The notes below the pieces were generated by a model. The model searched no databases, had not been told where the DNA came from, and saw nothing but the letters and a program-made list of their open reading frames with translations. The position numbers and the translations under genes are program-made. 64,000 bases of DNA from Octopus sinensis (Eukaryota): the NCBI RefSeq assembly GCF_006345805.1, contig NC_042999.1:88660001-88724000 (forward strand), read 5' to 3'. Shown here one piece after another: positions 51,352-64,000 of the stretch; the first letter of the stretch is position 1, and the number at the start of each line of letters is the position of its first letter.

Positions 51352-51508
51352 CTTTCAAATTCTGTCAAGGTTGACTTTGCCTTTCATCCTTTCAGGGTCG
51401 ATAAATTAAGTACCAGTTACGCACTGGAGTCGATGTAATCGACTTAATCTGTTTGTCTGTCCTTGTTTGTCCCCTCTATGTTTAGCCCCTTGTGGGTAAT
51501 AAAGAAAC
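51352..51508 (+). mobile_element. SINE family A, 5'-truncated
   Basis: Body plus tail TTGTCCCCTCTATGTTTAGCCCCTTGTGGGTAATAAAGAAAC. Confidence 0.85.
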
Positions 51509-51589
51509 ATACTGGCAATGGCCACAACTACGATTTCCCTTGGCTTGACAAGTCTTTTCAAACACAGTATATCACCAAAGATCCCAGTC

Positions 51590-52085
51590 ACTTGTCATCA
51601 CCTCCCTTAGGCCCAGCATTTGAAATCATGCTTCACCATCTCATCCCATGTCCTCCTGGGTCAACCTCTTCCACAGGTTCTTTCCACATTTAGAGATTGA
51701 CACTTCTTTACACAGCTGCTCTTGTCCAAATGCATCACATGACCATACCAGCACATTTGTCTCTCTTGTACACCACATCTGATTCTTCTTATGCCCAGTT
51801 TTTCTCTCGAGACATTTATGCTCTGTCGTACAAACACACTGACATGGCACATTTAGCGAAGTATACTAGCTTCATTTCTTTCAAGCCTTTATTTGTCCTC
51901 TACAATAACAGCTCACGTTTCACTGCCATGGAGCATGGTTGTTTGCACACAGGCATCACACAGTCTACCTTTCATTCTGAGAGAGTGGTCCTTTGTTACC
52001 AACAAAGGTAGAACCTCTCTGAACTTTGCACAGCCTATTCTTATTCTAGCAACTACACTCTCAGAGCATCACTTTTACTGCTGAC
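51590..52085 (-). pseudogene. RTE-clade LINE 3' ORF fragment
   Basis: ..EKLGIRRIRCGVQERQMCWYGHVMH..CGRG (RTE RWYGHV..GRGRP motif). Confidence 0.8.
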
Positions 52086-52089
52086 TTAT

Positions 52090-52290
52090 CATCATCATCA
52101 TCATTGTTTAACATCCGCTTTCCATGCTAGCATGGGTTGGACGATTTGACTGAGGTCTGGCGAACCAGATGGCTGCACCAGACTCCAATCTGATCTGGCA
52201 GAGTTTCTACAGCTGGATGCCCTTCCTAATGCTAACCACTCTGAGAGTGTAGTGGGTGCCACTGGCACGAGGGCCAGTCAGGCAGTACTG
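52090..52290 (-). mobile_element. Family D element
   Basis: (CAT)n tail and GGATGCCCTTCCTAATGC core. Confidence 0.8.
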
Positions 52291-52324
52291 TTGAATATGT
52301 ATATATGTGTGTGTGTGTGTGTGC

Positions 52325-52365
<41 letters not shown>

Positions 52366-53293
52366 TGTGTCTATGTGTGTCTGTGTGTGTCTGTGTGTCT
52401 GTGTATTTGTATTTGTCATCTATCACTGTTTGACAATCCATACTGGTTTACTTATGTCCCCATAACCTAACAGTTCAGCAAAAACCAAAAAAGAGACTGA
52501 CTGAATAGGTGCTTGACTTAGAGGGGAAAAAGTAAGTATTGGGATCGATTTGTTTGACTGAACCTTACAAGGCAGTGTCCCAGAATTGGTGGAAAATAGT
52601 TTCAAACATGACATTCTTCAACAAAAGACAGACTAATATATAAATCTGCTTTGTGCTGTAAAAGATTTAAGCCAAAGCATCCACTAGCCTGCCATTTTTC
52701 TATAAATATAGATAATATTATAACGAAATCCACCAACTTTAAACATAAGTATATCAGGATTTTTATGTAATATGATTTTCCTGGTACTGCTTCTTACTAG
52801 CGTAAATAAGATAGTAATCTATTGTAGAGACTTGTTTATAATTTGTTGAAGAGATTCCCCTACACACACCTACACCCAGCTGAGTATCCTTTCTAATTGT
52901 AAGTACTCAGGACCTAAATACTTAAGTGCCAAAAACAGCACTTATTTTTGCTTAAGTTTCATAAGGTAATTTAAGTGGTGTAATTTTCTTTAAAATATAA
53001 AGCAGCAGTTGTTGTAGAGTTTGAAATTGTTATATTATAGAATATTATCTATCATTATAACCATAAAATTAAATTTGATATGCCTTCAGGAGCGAGATGG
53101 AACTCTTATGTGCTGGGACCTAACACCAGTTTCATAACATTAAATGAATTAAAAGATAAATCTTCTGCTGAGCAAAATGTAAATTTGTCACTGATAGCAT
53201 TTGTAAAAGATTTGATACTTACTCTCATAGCTAGGTGAATTAGCAAAAGTAGACTCCAGTGTATTACGCAAATATATAGTAAAATACCTGCAG

Positions 53294-53970
53294 TCATCAT
53301 CATCATCATCATCTTTTAACGTCTGCTTTCCATGCTAGCATGGGTTGGATGTATGACTGAGGGCTGGCGAACCAGATGGCTGCCCAAGGCTTCAATCGTG
53401 ATCTGGCAGAGTTTCTACAGCTGGATGCCCTTCCTAATGCCAACCACTCCGAGAGTATAGTGGGTGTTTTACGTGCCATTGGCATGGGGCCAGTCAGGCG
53501 GTACTGGCAACGAACTCGCTCAAATCTTTTACACATGCCACCGGCACGGGTGCCAGTAAGGCGATGCTGGTAGCGATCACGCTCAAATGGTGTCTTTTAC
53601 GTGCCACCGGATGGTGCTCTTAATACCCTACTAGCACGGGGCTCGAGTGCCAGTAATGTGACGCTGGTAACGATCACACTCGAATGGTACCTTTTAAGTG
53701 CCACTGGCACGGAAGCCAGTTAGCTGCTCTGTCAATGATCATACTCATATGGTGCTCTATGCACCCCGCTAGCATGGACGCCAGTCATCGAGTTTGATTT
53801 TGATTTTTGATTTTGATTTTCGATTTTTGACTTCACTTGCCTCAACAGGTCTTCGCAAGCAGAGTTTTAGTGTCCAAAGAAGGAAAAGGTATGCATAAGT
53901 GGGCTGGTAACACCCCTGGCATAGGCCATGAGATTATGGTCTCATTTGGCTTGCCGAGTTTTCTCACGCA
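53294..53970 (-). mobile_element. Long form of family D
   Basis: Same modules as 16775-17412. Confidence 0.8.
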
Positions 53971-55860
53971 TGATTTGAATAAAAGACCTATGAATTTGCT
54001 GTATAATGTTATATGAATTTAGTAGAGCAGTGGACTGGCAGAGGGACAACTAACAATGTTTGATTAAATCTCTTTACATTCTGAGTTCAAATCCTGCTAA
54101 AGTTAACTTTATATTTCATCTTTCCAGGTATGATAAAGATGAGTACCTGTTAAGTACTGAGGTTCAGCTAATCAACCATTTCTTCCCTCAAAATATGTAA
54201 CAATGTGTTTGCATTTGAAATCAGATTTGTATTCACTTATGTATTTTGTTCTTATGCTAAAGTAAAGACAGCTTTTAATCTTTGTATCATAAACTCACAT
54301 TTAATTAGTGAATCTGTTGGAAATATTACTTTAACAGCTTAATATTGTAAAATGTATTTTTTTTAAATGCATACCTTTGTTTTTAACAATTCATGTAAGT
54401 CAGAGTATCACTTCTTTTCATAGAACTTATGTCACCATAGCATCAAAGAGATTAGAAGTGAATGTAAGAAAGTTGTAGTTTACAAATGCAGTGAAAATAC
54501 ATTTTAGACTTTTTACAGTTTATAATAATGAGCTTAACGTAAGCAGTGTTCAGGTGAACTATAACTTGTCATAAAAGTGTAAAAGAGGAAACAGAAAGCA
54601 ACAATAAGTAAAGACAGGCAGCAATGATAATAAAGAAACGCAGCTGCTGTACACAGAATGAAATACAAAAATACAGAAGAGTGAACAGCATAAGAGCCAC
54701 AAAGAGAAAAGGGTTGCATGGATACATCAGAAGTAGTTTTGGTGAATTTGAGGAAGAATGGAATTTTTGAAAGGTGCATTGTCCTGACAGCTAACAACCA
54801 GTATGGATGACTTATCATTCCATGCTTTAAACAATTCTTTTTAAATCATTTGTATTGTGTTGTTGTTGTTGTTGTTGTTGTTTTATTTTTGGTTGCTTTT
54901 TATCGCCAAAGTCATTGTGGGAAAAGTGATGGATAATCTTGTGGGCTTCTACAAGCTGAAGTTTTAGTGTGCCAATATTCGGAAAAGTAAGGTATTCAAG
55001 ATATGGTAAGTGGCTGACAAAAGGTATTGGTCTGGCTGCATGTCACAGGACAGCTTCCAGAAGATCAATATTTTGGACAAAGTGGTGTTCAAGACTGGCA
55101 ATACAAACTATAAGTGTAGATGTGGTATAGCCATATGTTTGTTGCTTTAAATAGATAGCTAGTGAGCAGCTGAAAAATTGTATTCAAATCATAAAATACA
55201 AAACATGAAGCTTATTGCAGACTCTTAATAAATTTAATTGATAATGCATTCTTTTTATTTGCAAACATAAAGTTTGAAGCTATATAAACAATAGTACTAC
55301 ACTGTAATCCTTTAAAGAGTATAATAAATATGTAAACTTTTGTATTATAAGGACAGCTGTGGTAAGCATCAGTCCCAGACAGTTAAAACAAATTTCTGAC
55401 AGAGACAGAAGATCTCAAATCTGGTGGGGAATGGAACAATCAATTATATCAACCCCAGTACTTAAGTGGTATGTACATTATTTTATTACACCTGAGAGGC
55501 TGAAAAGCAAAGCTGACCACAGTATAATTTGAATTCAGATCAGAAGGAGTAAGAACATTGTTTCTGCCAATTCAGCACCTAGTCAGACTGATATAATACA
55601 CAGTTATTGATAATACATTTAAATAAACATATCATAAGACTTACATGTGGATAGAAAGTCTCATACTTAGAAGCATAGCAGTCATTGTTATATACATGAT
55701 TTGTAAACTGAAGCTTTTCTTAAAATTTTAATCAGTTATGAGATTTTTCTGATTTAATACAAATTGAATTAACAGTTCTGAATTATACTCAATAAAACTA
55801 AGCCTATGTACAGAGGTGGTACAAAATTCTTGTAATATTTGAAACTACTGTGTTCAGATA

Positions 55861-55995
55861 TGAGGGGGTGCTGAAAAGTTCCTGGCTTTAAGGTATCACG
55901 AAAGCCTGGTTTGCGCCCCAACCTTCCAAGCTCTTTTACAGAGCTTAGGAAAACTAAAGAACTGCTGCAGGAACTTTCCAGCACCCCCCCCCCCA
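55861..55995. mobile_element. mariner-type MITE
   Basis: TA-flanked TIRs TGAGGGGGTGCTGAAAAGTTCCTG / CAGGAACTTTCCAGCACCCCC..CA. Confidence 0.75.
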
Positions 55996-58900
55996 TATAT
56001 TCACTGTAATAAAAACTGGAGTTTGTGTTGTATACAGAAGACGAATTTTCATTAATACTGAAAACAACAGTGAACTATAAATTAACTATAAGCGATACCC
56101 TTGGTTTTGAACATTGTTCAATTAAACAATAACATAAATTTTGAGATAACTCAGACGACAAGACAGCTTAAAATTACTTCTAAACTTTGAAACAGAATAG
56201 AATGAAAATACTAATATGTAAATAAACTATAAATACTGATTATTGATCAAAATATATAAACTGGTATTTAAATGACAGGGTTAGAATTTAGATACTTTAA
56301 AAAAAAATAGCTTCTAATTTAAGCACTAGACTGGCAATTTTTCAGGAAGGGGTTAATCAATGTCATCAACCCAAGTACTTGATGGCTACTTTATTTTATC
56401 GATCTTGAAAGGTTGAAAAACAAAGTTGATTTCAGCAGGATTTGAACGCAGTATGTAAGTAAATGGAGTAAATACCACAAGGCATTTTATAAAAATATTT
56501 TAACAATTCTGCAACCTTGATGCAATTACTAGCCACACTATAATTAAAGGATTCATTAAAATAGTATGGCATATGTATGACATAGTACGACATCTTATTG
56601 ATTCTGGAGTATAAAGAATAAGAACTAATGGTAAAAGTAATATTCATGAAGAGATTATTCCCCGAACTTTCCCCGAACTTTCCTAGGTGGGAGTTCTAGC
56701 AAATATAGATTAAGAAATGTAAATAGTTGTTCCTAAAATTCATGATTAGTTGAAAATATATACTAATATAATGATTTTATCCTAAATGTATTTCTTTCAG
56801 AAAATTGTATTTATTCCTTTGAGCACAAGTTTCTCACCTCCAATCCTAAAACTCTGCAATGCAAAAATAACAACTTGATCCAAAATCACAGTATTGTCAC
56901 AATAGTTTCAATGTAATGCAATGCAATGTGAAAATAGCAACCTAATCTAAAATCACTGACAATATGTATTTCATTTCCAAATGCAGGTAAGATTTATTTT
57001 TTTAGAACTTGACATTTATGACATTTGGAGGAGCTGGGCTGCCAGCCATGACACTCTTGACTTCTTTGATGAATCAACTGACAGATATGACTTATGAGAG
57101 GTTCACATGGCTACTCTGGCATTTCAGCCTTGCAATTGTTCTTGTAATGCTGAAAATGACATGGACTGATTCCACTGTTAATTAGAAAATTCTAATCCTT
57201 TCTTTAGATTTTCATACAAATCACAGCCATATGATGATAATTTTTATCTGAAAAACATCATATCATGACACTGTAATTAGTGCAATGCACTATGAAAATA
57301 GTAATTTAATTTACAAGCACTCTCAGTAGAGTGAAAACAAAGCTCAGTAATTTTAAGGAAGCGCGTATGTTGGTTACATCGATTCCAGTGTTCAACAAGT
57401 ACTTGTTTTATTGACCCCAAAAGGATGAAAGGCAAAGTCAGCCTCAGTGGAATTTGAACTCAGGGCATAAAGACAGATGAGATGCCATAGAGAATTTTGC
57501 CCTACAGGCTAATGATGCTGCTAGCTCACCACTGTGAGCTAGTGATCTGGTGTGATCTGAGAGTCTCAGGTCAAATCAAATCATATACCATGATGAGCCT
57601 CAGGTCATATCATATCATGTACTTATCTTCAGCTGTCATTTTTCAGTAACTCCTTGACCCTAGTCTCATAAGTCAGAAAGAAACTAACTTAAGTCGAGTA
57701 ATTTTCCATGAAATTCCTGACATTTCTTAAGGCCTTACCCTCATCCTCCTCTAAAAGCTTGATCGAAAGTGAGGCAACTGACTTGACTTCCACCTCCATT
57801 AGACACCCATGACCATAGCCTCATTCTGTTTTGTTGGTCAGGAAAGCAATGTTCTACATAACATCACAGAAGTTGACTTATTTACCACATATTTTTGTTC
57901 ATGAATATTTATTCCTTAGGCAGCTTCAGATTTATGCAGGAAGGACTAGGAATTAATGTTCATCTCATAATGGTAAATTCAACAAGGAACTTCAACCAGA
58001 CTGTTCATTAGAGCTTCCTTTTGCTCTACAATGCTTACTTCTTGGTTTGTGAATATTAGTAAATTCAATACACAATAGTTTTTATTAGAAAAACATATTC
58101 CTTCAATATTATCTACTAATTAGTGTAGCTTTTAGTGTGAAAGAAAATCAAATATTCTGCAGCAACAGCATAGTATGTACAAAGATAGTTAAAATGTAAT
58201 TAATAACTAGATCTACAGTGAATGCAGCAAGAGCTGCAGAGTAAGCAATAAAAGTGTGAAGGCTGTCAGAACAGTAATAATAACACCATTAATTACAACA
58301 AATTACAAAAGCAATACTGTCAACGAAAATTTGGAAACAAAGAGGCAAGTGTGTAACAATAATGCGACTAAAGTTATTAGCTGACTACATTGTTATAATG
58401 CCACATATAATGGTAGTAATTCTCTCGTAAACAATATTACATTGTTACACTAAATAATGCAAAAATTGTCATTAAATGAAACAGATGGTCAAACAATTTT
58501 AATTTCCTTAAGAATTTCCTCTTTCTACAAGAAAGAGACGTGACAATGACATTATCTCAGTGATAGATCAGCTTCTGAGGGTTATATTAGAGTAATGGTG
58601 TTCAAAAGCTTTTCACAATGTTCTATGATCTATAATTGTAGTATTTTCATAGCCTTGTTGCATGCAATTCAGGTTTGTTGTGAATAGTGGAAATAGGAAG
58701 GAATTTGAAATGTATTAATAGATGCTATGCTTCATAATTGTATCAAAATAATTCTTGACCGATTTCATAAACCAAACTTTTTGAGTAATTTCAAAAAACT
58801 AGGTCTTAAACTGCTCTTCAATTTCATGTAAATGAAAGCCTTAATTGTTTTCATAGCATCTATTGAGTATACTGTAAACCTACTGTCCTGGGTAAATTTT

Positions 58901-59714
58901 AAATTGGTTGCATTAAACTGATATTTTTTGATAAATTATTAAGGAGACAATGGCCACAGCCCTGATAATTTTTTGTACCCCACTAAACTGGTGAGATTGA
59001 TGTAAACTATGTACAGCTTGAATATCTACAGGTCAATATCTGCAATGAAATATGATAGGGAGGAAAAAAGAGGCCTGATTTGAATACCTTCAAAAGAGTT
59101 TACTCTGAAGGTCCCCAAAGACCAGTTAAACAGCATGTTATGCCTATTATTTAAGTGTAAAGCCTATCAACCTATCACCCAATAAAACAGGTTATAGTAT
59201 ATTACTAGCGCATAGTCTATTAAACCCAAAATGATAGCAGACAAAATCAATTCTAGTTAAGTCAGCTAGATTTTGAGCTTATTGTCTGGGTTGGTGAAAT
59301 TAAGCACTATAATATATTTAGTGCAGTAATTTATCTCTGCTAGCGCTTACAAGATATTAATTTGACCTGTTTTAACTAGAAATCTATATTCACAGTGAAT
59401 CCAACTCTTTAATGTGAGCCTCTTCACAGATGCTAAGATGTAGGAATATACCACTCTCAGATTTGGCAAGACTAGTAATGGAAAGCTTTGCGAGTACTTG
59501 AGAACCAGTTTCTTCTGGCAGTTGTCCTGTTTTTGGTTTTGTTTTTTTAAAGCTTCATATTACAAATACAATATATCCCAAATTATTACAAATGGCTGAA
59601 GATTACTGTTTGATTTACACACACACAACAGCCTTCCCAACCTCTAACTCTTACGGAAATATTGGATAGGTACTATCCCTTAGTTGGTTGGCTTCCCAAC
59701 TCTAACTCTCATAG

Positions 59715-59749
<35 letters not shown>

Positions 59750-59753
<4 letters not shown>

Positions 59754-60144
59754 AAGAAAATGGAGAAATATAATGCATATAAATTAATCTTTAATTAATT
59801 AACAATGCCAACAATCGTTTCAATTTACACACAATACAAATTACAAAAAATATATAATAAAATAATTTTGCATTTTTTAAGATTTTGTGTGAAATATCTT
59901 TAGGGCAAAAAGGACACTACAGAATTTACATGTGAATCAAAATACCTCAACTGATTCACCTGTAAATTCCATAATGTCCTTTTCGTCCTGAAGATATTTC
60001 ACTCAAAATCTTTAAAAAATGCAAAATTATTTTATTATATATATTTTTTGTAATTTTTCTTGTGTGTAAATTGAAACGATTGTAGACATTGTTGATTAAT
60101 TAAAAATTAATTTATTTCCATTATATCTCTCCATTTTCTTACTT
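59750..60144. mobile_element. ~395-bp imperfect fold-back with an HHR motif in each arm
   Basis: ~190-bp arms around a 12-nt spacer (59940-51); adjoins (TA)n on the left. Confidence 0.88.
59985..60087 (+). ncRNA. Type I hammerhead candidate with long stem II
   Basis: GUC-CUGAAGA-U-[AUUUCACUCAA..UUGUGUGUAAAU]-U-GAAAC-GAUU-GUA-GAC. Confidence 0.62.
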
Positions 60145-60159
60145 AATAATATTTGATAT

Positions 60160-60405
60160 TTTTGCCAGTGGCATGTAAAAAGCACCATCCGATTGTGGCC
60201 TCGTCTGGCACCTGTGCCGGTGGCATGTAAAAAGCACCCACTACACTCATGGAGTGGTTGGCGTTAGGAAGGGCATCCAGCCATAGTAACATTGCCAGAT
60301 CAGACTGGGCCTGGTGCAGCCTTCTGGCTTCCCAGACCCCAGTTGCACCGTCCAACCCATGCCAGCATGGAAAGCAGACGCTAAACGATGATGATGATGA
60401 TGATT
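60160..60405 (+). mobile_element. Family D element
   Basis: Core motifs and (GAT)n tail. Confidence 0.82.
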
Positions 60406-61319
60406 TATATAATATATTTATTGAAGAATTATGTCTTCAAGATATAATATATTAAACCAGTGTGACTTGGATAAAACAATCTCTGTAAAAGGTTTATATA
60501 TCCACATATAAACTCTGTGTGTGTATGTGTGTATCATCATCATTTAATGTCCATCTTCCATGCAGGCATGGACTGGACAATTTGACAGGAACTGGTGATC
60601 CAGAGGACTGCAGCAAGTACCACTGTCTGCTTTGGTATGGTTTCTATGGCTGGATGACCTTCCTAATGCCAACCACTTTACAGAGTGGACTGGCTCTGTT
60701 TTTTACACAGCAACTGTACCATTCAGTTACCTAGTAACATGCAAGACAAAGATCTTTCAACTGAGAGGATGAGTAGGATTGGAGTGGCTTTGTGCCAGGT
60801 GATGGGAAGTTAGAGTATGAGAGAAGGTTACAAACAGATGTTTTATTGTACAGGAGATACATGGCTATTCCAGCTGTGTAGAGAGATAGAGAGATGGAGA
60901 GAGGGGTGGAGAGAGAGACGGAGGAAAAGAGGGAGAGATGGAAGTAATGTGCCAGGGCATACTATCAAGGTACAAGGAGGTGAATATAAATGAAATGCTA
61001 GAGAATTGTCGTGGGTGCATGAGCAGGAAGTTCTCAAAAGTGCAAAGGGGGAAAGCGGAGAAGGTGCAGTGAGTAGTGAAACATGGATATAAAGGGGTGA
61101 GGTAACAGGATAGCAACAATAGAGTGGTACAGCAGACAGTGGTACTTGCTGCAGTAGGGAGAGGAGAGGAGAAAAAGATGACAAAGCAGTGTAGGGGTGC
61201 AGTGATGAGGAGGAAGCGATAAGCATATTGCATGTAGAAGAAATGTAGTTTGGTTCATTATGGTAGAGTGTGTGAATTAATGTTATGTGTAGGTGAAATA
61301 CACAGTACTGCCAAAACTC

Positions 61320-61560
61320 AGTTTCACTGATGTGGGTGTGTCTTCTCAAGAACCTTATATTGCCAGACATCTCAGTCCATTGCCACATCTTCTATGAAGC
61401 CCAATATGTTGAAATCAGCTCTCACTACTTCATCCCACATCTTTCTGTGTCTCCCTCTTCTACAGATTCCTCATATGCCCAACTTTCTCTCAGCACATTT
61501 GCTCTTTGTCATACATGCACACTAATGATGAACATCAATCGGTGTGCACTGATGTGGCTG
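61320..61560 (-). pseudogene. Degenerate RTE-clade LINE 3' end
   Basis: Frameshifted similarity to the 51.6-51.8 kb RTE fragment. Confidence 0.5.
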
Positions 61561-61940
61561 AGTGGTAACAATTATGCTTCCCAGTCACATGTCTCCACAT
61601 TCAGTCCCGCCAAAGCGTGGTGAGTGAATTTGGTAGATGGAAACTGAAAAAGTCAGTCATGTGTATGTGTAAATACATATATACATAAATACATAAAAAT
61701 ATATATTTGATAGAATTTTTTTCGAAAAATTTTATCCTACATTAGATGTTAATTTAATAGTGTTCACTTCCAGACTCTCTCACTTTGCGAGAGTTTTTTG
61801 GTTCGAATTGCACGTGCCTCGAGATGGACTAGAGAGTTTCTATTTTGGATATATTTGGGGTACTTAATTGTGCTCATGACTTAGTGTTCACTTCTTCCAT
61901 GGGTATAAGTAAGTATTTCACTTATTTCTTTGCCGCATTT

Positions 61941-61992
61941 ATCACTGATGAAGGGAAGGTTCTTATAAACTAACTCTGAAATCAGGTCCGAT
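61941..61992 (+). ncRNA. Minimal hammerhead relic
   Basis: AUCA-CUGAUGA-AGGG..CUCU-GAAAU(CAG)GUC-CGAU; first stem I pair is mismatched. Confidence 0.45.
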
Positions 61993-62563
61993 ATGGTAAT
62001 AATGGGATTTTTTAGAAATTTCTGTCGGCTTTCTTCGAAATGTGTGCTTGTAGTGATAAATTATATGGTTATTTACATTGTGTCTATTTTCGGCATATTT
62101 TGGCATCAGAAATTTTTTCTTTTGGCCTTACTTATAAATTATATATATATATATATCACATGATCATGTGATCAACCAGACTATCAACTGCTGTTATACA
62201 TCGTTGGTCATAATGTGCTTTGCATCGTTTTAGTTTTCAAATGATGCCATCCCACTGGCTAGACAAGCAGGCCAATATGTTCGCGTATGTGTACTCATGC
62301 ATGTGTATGTATGTTTGTGTGTGTGTGTGTTTATCATCTTATCTTGACATCATACAAGCAGCGCCATTCATTTTCAATATTCTGTGAAAATATGTTTAGC
62401 AGTATAACCTTGTTTGGAAACAGGGGCGGGTTAGAGACAGGGAGGGCATCTGGCAGTAGAAAATCTACCTCCATTAAACTCATGCAAGCAAGGAAAAGTG
62501 GACGTTCAATGTTGATCATATATAGAGAGATAATTCCTAACTAAGCATAAGAAAGTAGGTATT

Positions 62564-62565
<2 letters not shown>

Positions 62566-62620
<55 letters not shown>

Positions 62621-63160
62621 ATTAACGTCTATTTTCCATGCTGGCATGGGTTTGACGGTTTGACTGAGGACTAGCTAGCCAGTAGGCTGCACCAGGCCCC
62701 AATCTGATCTGGCAAGGTTTCTACAGCTTGCTGCCCTTCCTAAAGCCAACCACTCCAAGAGTGTAGTGAGTGCTTTTTACATGCCACCAGCACAGGAGCC
62801 AGTCAGATGGCACTAGCATCGACCATGTCCAGATGGTCCTGTTTATGTGCCACTTGCATGGGAGCCAGGCAGGGAGAACTGACATCGACTGTATTCGGAT
62901 GGTGCTTTTTATGTGCCACCGACATGGGGAGCCAGTCAGACGACAATGGCGTCATCCAAGCTTGAATGGTACTTATGTGCCACCAGCACGGGTTCCAGTT
63001 AGGCAGCACTGGCATCAACCATGACTACGATTTCGATTTCACTTGACTTAACAGGTCTTCTCAATTACAGCATATTGCCTAACAATTCAAGAGTACTTTT
63101 AAATGGGCTGGTTATGCAACACTGGTATCAGCCACGGTTGTGATCTCACTTTACTTGCCA
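62566..63160 (-). mobile_element. Long form of family D with a (CAT)n tail
   Basis: Same modules as the 16.8 and 53.3 kb copies. Confidence 0.8.
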
Positions 63161-64000
63161 GCTAGCTCCAGAAGTATCAAAGGCAAAGATGACCTGAGTG
63201 GGATTTGAACTCAAAGATCTAGAACAATTACAGCTAGACATTTGACTGACACCCTAACAACTCTACTAATTTATTACCCTAAATATACACTTAGAAATAC
63301 ATACTAATATCCATTGAGTGTATTAGAATTCTCTAAAATTCCAGTCCCAAGTAATATACTTTCTATTTAATTTCCATTAAAGTGGTATTAGTTTTTGTTG
63401 CCTATTGTACCAAGTCCTGTAGATTGACTAACAACAATAAAAATTTGCCCATTAAATTTTACATGTAATCATGACCACATATAAACACTATATAATTAGC
63501 ATTTATATTTCTAACAAGGTACCCATGGCAACAGTTTAAAAGAGCACTTCATTAACTCCTTATAATTAATAATTACATATGTATATATGAAGCTAATTGA
63601 ATATCTGTATGTTTTATTGCAATCTGCATTCCATGAATGGCTATCATATGGGTCAAATTACAAAGCATCCCATAACAGAAGGGGTAAGGTGGTGACAGTG
63701 GTGGCTCAAATATTGGCAATACATATTGCTTTGACCATTGATCAATAGGAACTAAGTGACTCTCTTATTCGGACTATTGATTTCAATTATTTACTACAAT
63801 AGCTGATAAGTTTCATTGATACTTATGGAACATTTTGTCACATCAGCATCAACATCATCATCATCAGTTGACATCTGTCATCTGGTTAGAATGGGTCGGA
63901 TGGTTTCACAGGATCTGATGAATCAAAGAGTTGCATCATGGTCCAATGTCTGCTTTTTTTGTTTTGTGTTGTTTCTCTTCTTTTGGGGACACACACACAC

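Noticed and set aside
54430-55130. Non-repetitive-looking stretch as a host exon or piggyBac relic
   Set aside because: Only short frames of about 50 aa, no convincing splice pair and only a faint YWS..MS motif.
56985-57190. Possible exon after TTTTTAG
   Set aside because: Frames close within 60 codons, there is no recognisable domain, and the nearby GTAAG would give an implausibly short intron.

Overview
AT-rich, microsatellite-dense animal genomic DNA. The repeat families look cephalopod, most likely Octopus (inferred from recognising them, not from a search). I cannot support any host protein-coding exon; almost all listed ORFs are microsatellite or SINE artefacts. Real coding relics are all transposon-derived: a 5'-truncated, frameshifted Tx1/L1-clade LINE (25.7-30.2 kb), a mariner (8.1-9.2 kb), a Tc1 (45.9-47.2 kb) and RTE LINE fragments. 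The window also holds at least four SINE-like families, several MITEs and one tRNA-Gly(TCC). The most notable signal is a set of type I hammerhead ribozyme (HHR) motifs found by manual folding. Four unrelated fold-back (inverted-repeat) elements each carry an HHR motif in both arms, always oriented outward, and three of them have a long stem II closed by a U-U mismatch. One is a near-pristine 487-bp-period element (43.8-44.8 kb) whose layout fits reverse transcription of a multimeric or circular RNA with twin priming, i.e. a retrozyme or Penelope-dependent system. All folds were done by eye and ribozyme activity is untested.
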